Positions 61,095 through 64,000 of a stretch of 64,000 nt of DNA are shown one piece after another. Positions within the stretch are counted from its first letter, which is position 1; each line of letters opens with the position of its first letter. Both the position numbers and the translations under genes were made by a program. The notes under the pieces are model-generated. The model was not told the origin of the DNA. It did not search any database and saw nothing but the letters and a program-made list of their open reading frames with translations. Source of the stretch: Terriglobia bacterium (GTDB lineage: Bacteria > Acidobacteriota > Terriglobia > Bryobacterales > UBA6623). The DNA is taken from contig VXMF01000021.1 of NCBI GenBank assembly GCA_009841225.1, forward strand, positions 90,583 to 154,582. Reading direction: 5' to 3'.

Positions 61095-63653
61095 TCACTC
61101 CTGAGCGGCCTCGGCGCCGACCTTGACGGCTCCCAGCACGCGGCGCAGCAAGCCCCGCTTGGGTGGGGCATTCGCTTCCAACTCCTCCCGCAATGCAGCC
61201 CGCCGACGGGCGTCCCGATGCCGGGAAGTGTCCGCGGTATCGGGTTCGGTGCCCGCAACATAGACCTCTTCCTTGCAGTTCTTGCAGTAGTGGTCGGCAA
61301 GCACTCGCTGCACGGCACTGACCGGCACGCGCACGACGCCCTCCGGCTCTGCGAAAGGTCCCGGATTCGCATAGGTGGCCAGCTGGCGGACCTTTTGCAT
61401 AAACATCGCCCAGATAGGCAATGCCGAATGCGCGCCCTCCAGGCCAAGATCGGTGTTGTCGTCGAATCCGACCCACACCACGCAAATGAGGTCATTGGTA
61501 AAGCCGGCGAACCACCCGTCATCGTCGGTGCCGGTCTTGCCCGCCGCGTTGGTGATGCCGTACGTGAACCGTGCCCGAATGCCCGAGCCGTGCCGGATCA
61601 CGTCCTGCATGATGTGCGTCACCATGTAGGCCACGCGGGTGTCCATCACCGCCTGCTGCTCGACCTCGCTCTGGTACAGCGTCCCGCCCGCATCGTCGCG
61701 CACGTAGCGCACGAAGCGGGGCTCGACTCGCACGCCGTTATTGACGAATGAGGAGTATGCCGCCGCGACTTCGACCGGCGTAACCTCGTACGTGCCAAGA
61801 AACATAGAAGGGACGGGCAGTATATCGCTTCCCATTCCGGCGCGGCTGGCAAGATCGAGCACCCGCTGGTAGCCGGCCATCTGCCCCACCTTCACCGTTG
61901 CAACGTTGATCGAGCGCATCAGCGCGTAGCGCAAGCTGATCAGTCCGTAGTAGTGGTCAAGGTGATTCGACGGCTCGTAGGGCGGCTGCAATTCGCTGAA
62001 CTCGAAAGAAGTGGGCTCGTCGAGCACCAGAGTGCTCGGCGTCAACACGCCGGGCGGCGGCGCATACTGCGTGCGGGCATATTCGGGCAGCGCGTGGCCG
62101 TAGCCGCGGTCGATGGTCAGCTGGCGTTCGCCGTCCAAGACGGTGTCAAGCGCGGCCGCGAACACAAAGGGCTTGAAGACCGAACCTGGCTGCCGCTTCG
62201 CCAATGCGCGATTGAGCTGGCTGCCGCCGTAGTCCCGGCCGCCGACGACCGCCTTGATTTCGCCGGTGCGGGGGTCCATCGCGACCAGCGCGACCTGTGC
62301 CCGCGGGGGCGCCTGACCGCGGTAGCGACTCTGCCGGGCGATGCGTTCGTCCACGAGCTTCATGCCCTCGCGGACGGCCTCGACGGCGAATTCCTGCAGC
62401 CGCTTGTCCAAGGTGGTATACACCCAGTAGTTCTTCGTGACAAGGTCGTCCGTCTCGAAATGGCCCTGGAGGCTCTTGTTGACCAAGTCGATGTAGTACG
62501 GCGCGTCGCGCGATTCCATGTGCCCACGTGACAGCTCGATCTCCGCGGCCCCAGCCTCTTCGAAAGTCGAGTGGTCGATAAAGCCCTCACGCAGCATTGC
62601 GGAGAGCACTTGGTTGCGCCTGAACTTGGCCCGCTCAGGGTAGCGGTACGGGTTGAGGTAGCTAGGCCCTTGGGGCAAGCCGGCCATCAGGGCCGCCTCG
62701 GGCAAGGTCACATCTCGCACATCCTTGTCGAAGAAACCCCGCGCGGCCTCCCCGAAGCCATGCACGTTGAAGCTGCCCTGCCGTCCCATGAAGACTTGGT
62801 TCGAGTAGTTCTCGAAGATCTGCTCCTTGGTCAGCCGACCCTCGAGTTGGATGGCGATCATGGCCTCGGCAAGCTTGCGCTTCACCGTCGTTTCCCTCGT
62901 AAGGAAGAAGTTGCGGGCGAGTTGCTGGGTCAGCGTTGACGTCCCCCTAGGCCGCTTCCACTCCCTCAGGCCCTCGATCGCCGCTCCGGTAGTGCGAATG
63001 AAGTCGATACCGTGGTGCGAGTAGAACCGGTGGTCCTCGATCGCGATCACCGCATCGATCAAGTGCCGCGGGTAGTCGCTGAACTTGAACAGCCGACGCT
63101 TGGAGCGTTCTTGGTCGAACTGATTCGTGATCAGCTCGGGCTCGATCTGGTACGCCTCCAACTCCTCGCCGGTGTCTGTCAAGACGATCTCGGCGATGTG
63201 GGAATCTTCGACAGAGATCCGGGCGGGGTCGGGTGTGAAGTGCGACAGGGGACCGGGGTGGATCTCGATGTGGTCATTGCCAAATGCGTACCAGCCGACG
63301 CGGTTGTCTGGATCGCGCGTGTAGCCGGCGGCCCGCAGGTTGCGCGCAATTGCCTCCACGGCGCCCGGGTCGCCGACAGAAATCGTGCGAGGCGTAGCCA
63401 AGAAGCGGGCGGTCCGATCAAACGCGCCGCCATCGAGACGCAAGTCGATGATGGCGCTGTACTTCCAGTAGAAGTGGTTGTAGACGACACCGCCCACCAC
63501 GCCGGAAACCAGGCACAGGCCCAGCAACACGGTTCCCAGCGGGGTCCGCACGAATCGGGCGATTCGGTTCAGGAAGCCGAGGCGGAGGCGCAGCTTGGCC
63601 TCCCGATTCCGGGCCCGGCTCGGCCCCGGATGGCCCTTCTTCGCAGTGGTCAT
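61095..63653 (-). CDS. Class A penicillin-binding protein (transglycosylase + transpeptidase, PBP1A/1B family)
   Basis: AIEDHRFYSHHG, STLTQQLARN, RK..E; transpeptidase RQPGSVFKP, SIN, GKTGT. Start could extend to 63692. Confidence 0.93.
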   Translation of the reverse strand: MTTAKKGHPGPSRARNREAKLRLRLGFLNRIARFVRTPLGTVLLGLCLVSGVVGGVVYNHFYWKYSAIIDLRLDGGAFDRTARFLATPRTISVGDPGAVEAIARNLRAAGYTRDPDNRVGWYAFGNDHIEIHPGPLSHFTPDPARISVEDSHIAEIVLTDTGEELEAYQIEPELITNQFDQERSKRRLFKFSDYPRHLIDAVIAIEDHRFYSHHGIDFIRTTGAAIEGLREWKRPRGTSTLTQQLARNFFLTRETTVKRKLAEAMIAIQLEGRLTKEQIFENYSNQVFMGRQGSFNVHGFGEAARGFFDKDVRDVTLPEAALMAGLPQGPSYLNPYRYPERAKFRRNQVLSAMLREGFIDHSTFEEAGAAEIELSRGHMESRDAPYYIDLVNKSLQGHFETDDLVTKNYWVYTTLDKRLQEFAVEAVREGMKLVDERIARQSRYRGQAPPRAQVALVAMDPRTGEIKAVVGGRDYGGSQLNRALAKRQPGSVFKPFVFAAALDTVLDGERQLTIDRGYGHALPEYARTQYAPPPGVLTPSTLVLDEPTSFEFSELQPPYEPSNHLDHYYGLISLRYALMRSINVATVKVGQMAGYQRVLDLASRAGMGSDILPVPSMFLGTYEVTPVEVAAAYSSFVNNGVRVEPRFVRYVRDDAGGTLYQSEVEQQAVMDTRVAYMVTHIMQDVIRHGSGIRARFTYGITNAAGKTGTDDDGWFAGFTNDLICVVWVGFDDNTDLGLEGAHSALPIWAMFMQKVRQLATYANPGPFAEPEGVVRVPVSAVQRVLADHYCKNCKEEVYVAGTEPDTADTSRHRDARRRAALREELEANAPPKRGLLRRVLGAVKVGAEAAQE

Positions 63654-63805
63654 GCTGCGGCGCACCCGACGAGAGGCGAATCTCTGGCTCAAGCGACTGC
63701 CGCCGGCTGTCCGGCTCGGCCAGCGCCTTCCGACACGGGCGGCACCTTAGCGTTTTGACGCAGCTCCCGCAGCGTCCGTTTCGCGCCTGTGCCCGTCGGC
63801 TGGCG

Positions 63806-64000
63806 CTAGGCCACGGCCTCGCTGATTCGGCCAACCAGCAGTTTCGCTATCTCTTCGATACTAGCATTCTTGGAGCGTCCCGTGCTGCGCTCGGTCAATT
63901 CCACCAATCCCTCGGAGATGTTTCGACCCACCGTGACCCGATACGGGATCCCGATCAGGTCGGCGTCCTTGAACTTGACGCCAGCGCGCTCGGCCCGGTC
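63806..64000 (-). CDS. proS: Prolyl-tRNA synthetase, C-terminal anticodon-binding end (rest of the gene lies beyond the window)
   Basis: Minus strand reads [26 protein letters not shown]...VELTERSTG, stop TAG at 63808-63806. Confidence 0.88.
   Translation of the reverse strand, partial: DRAERAGVKFKDADLIGIPYRVTVGRNISEGLVELTERSTGRSKNASIEEIAKLLVGRISEAVA

Overview
GC-rich bacterial chromosomal segment. Its gene content (an acidobacterial-type TonB-dependent receptor, planctomycete-type DUF1592/DUF1552 and DUF1549/DUF1553/DUF1501 modules, sulfatases, a PQQ dehydrogenase, sugar-phosphate isomerases) is most consistent with an Acidobacteriota (Bryobacterales-like) genome; this is inference from gene content only. 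The left ~36 kb is accessory-rich. It holds secreted hydrolases, two small regulator/membrane-protein operons with clear operator palindromes, an NCS2 permease with an extra C-terminal domain, IS remnants, a TPR lipoprotein/TonB receptor pair, an HTH-metallopeptidase/PIN pair, and a 1204-aa secreted protein with four tandem Cache-like domains fused to a family-5 ABC solute-binding protein. The right ~28 kb is mostly housekeeping (ispD, ispF, leuC, leuD, lgt, lspA, a C-terminal protease, acpP, fabF, etfB, etfA, a class A PBP, 3' end of proS) mixed with a second planctomycete-type module. I found no rRNA, tRNA or CRISPR array. The best candidates for undescribed biology are the Cache x4-SBP5 fusion, the NCS2 permease fused to a degenerate HATPase-like domain, and the XRE-ImmA/IrrE + PIN module. 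All family calls are from motif recognition by eye; no database searches were run.
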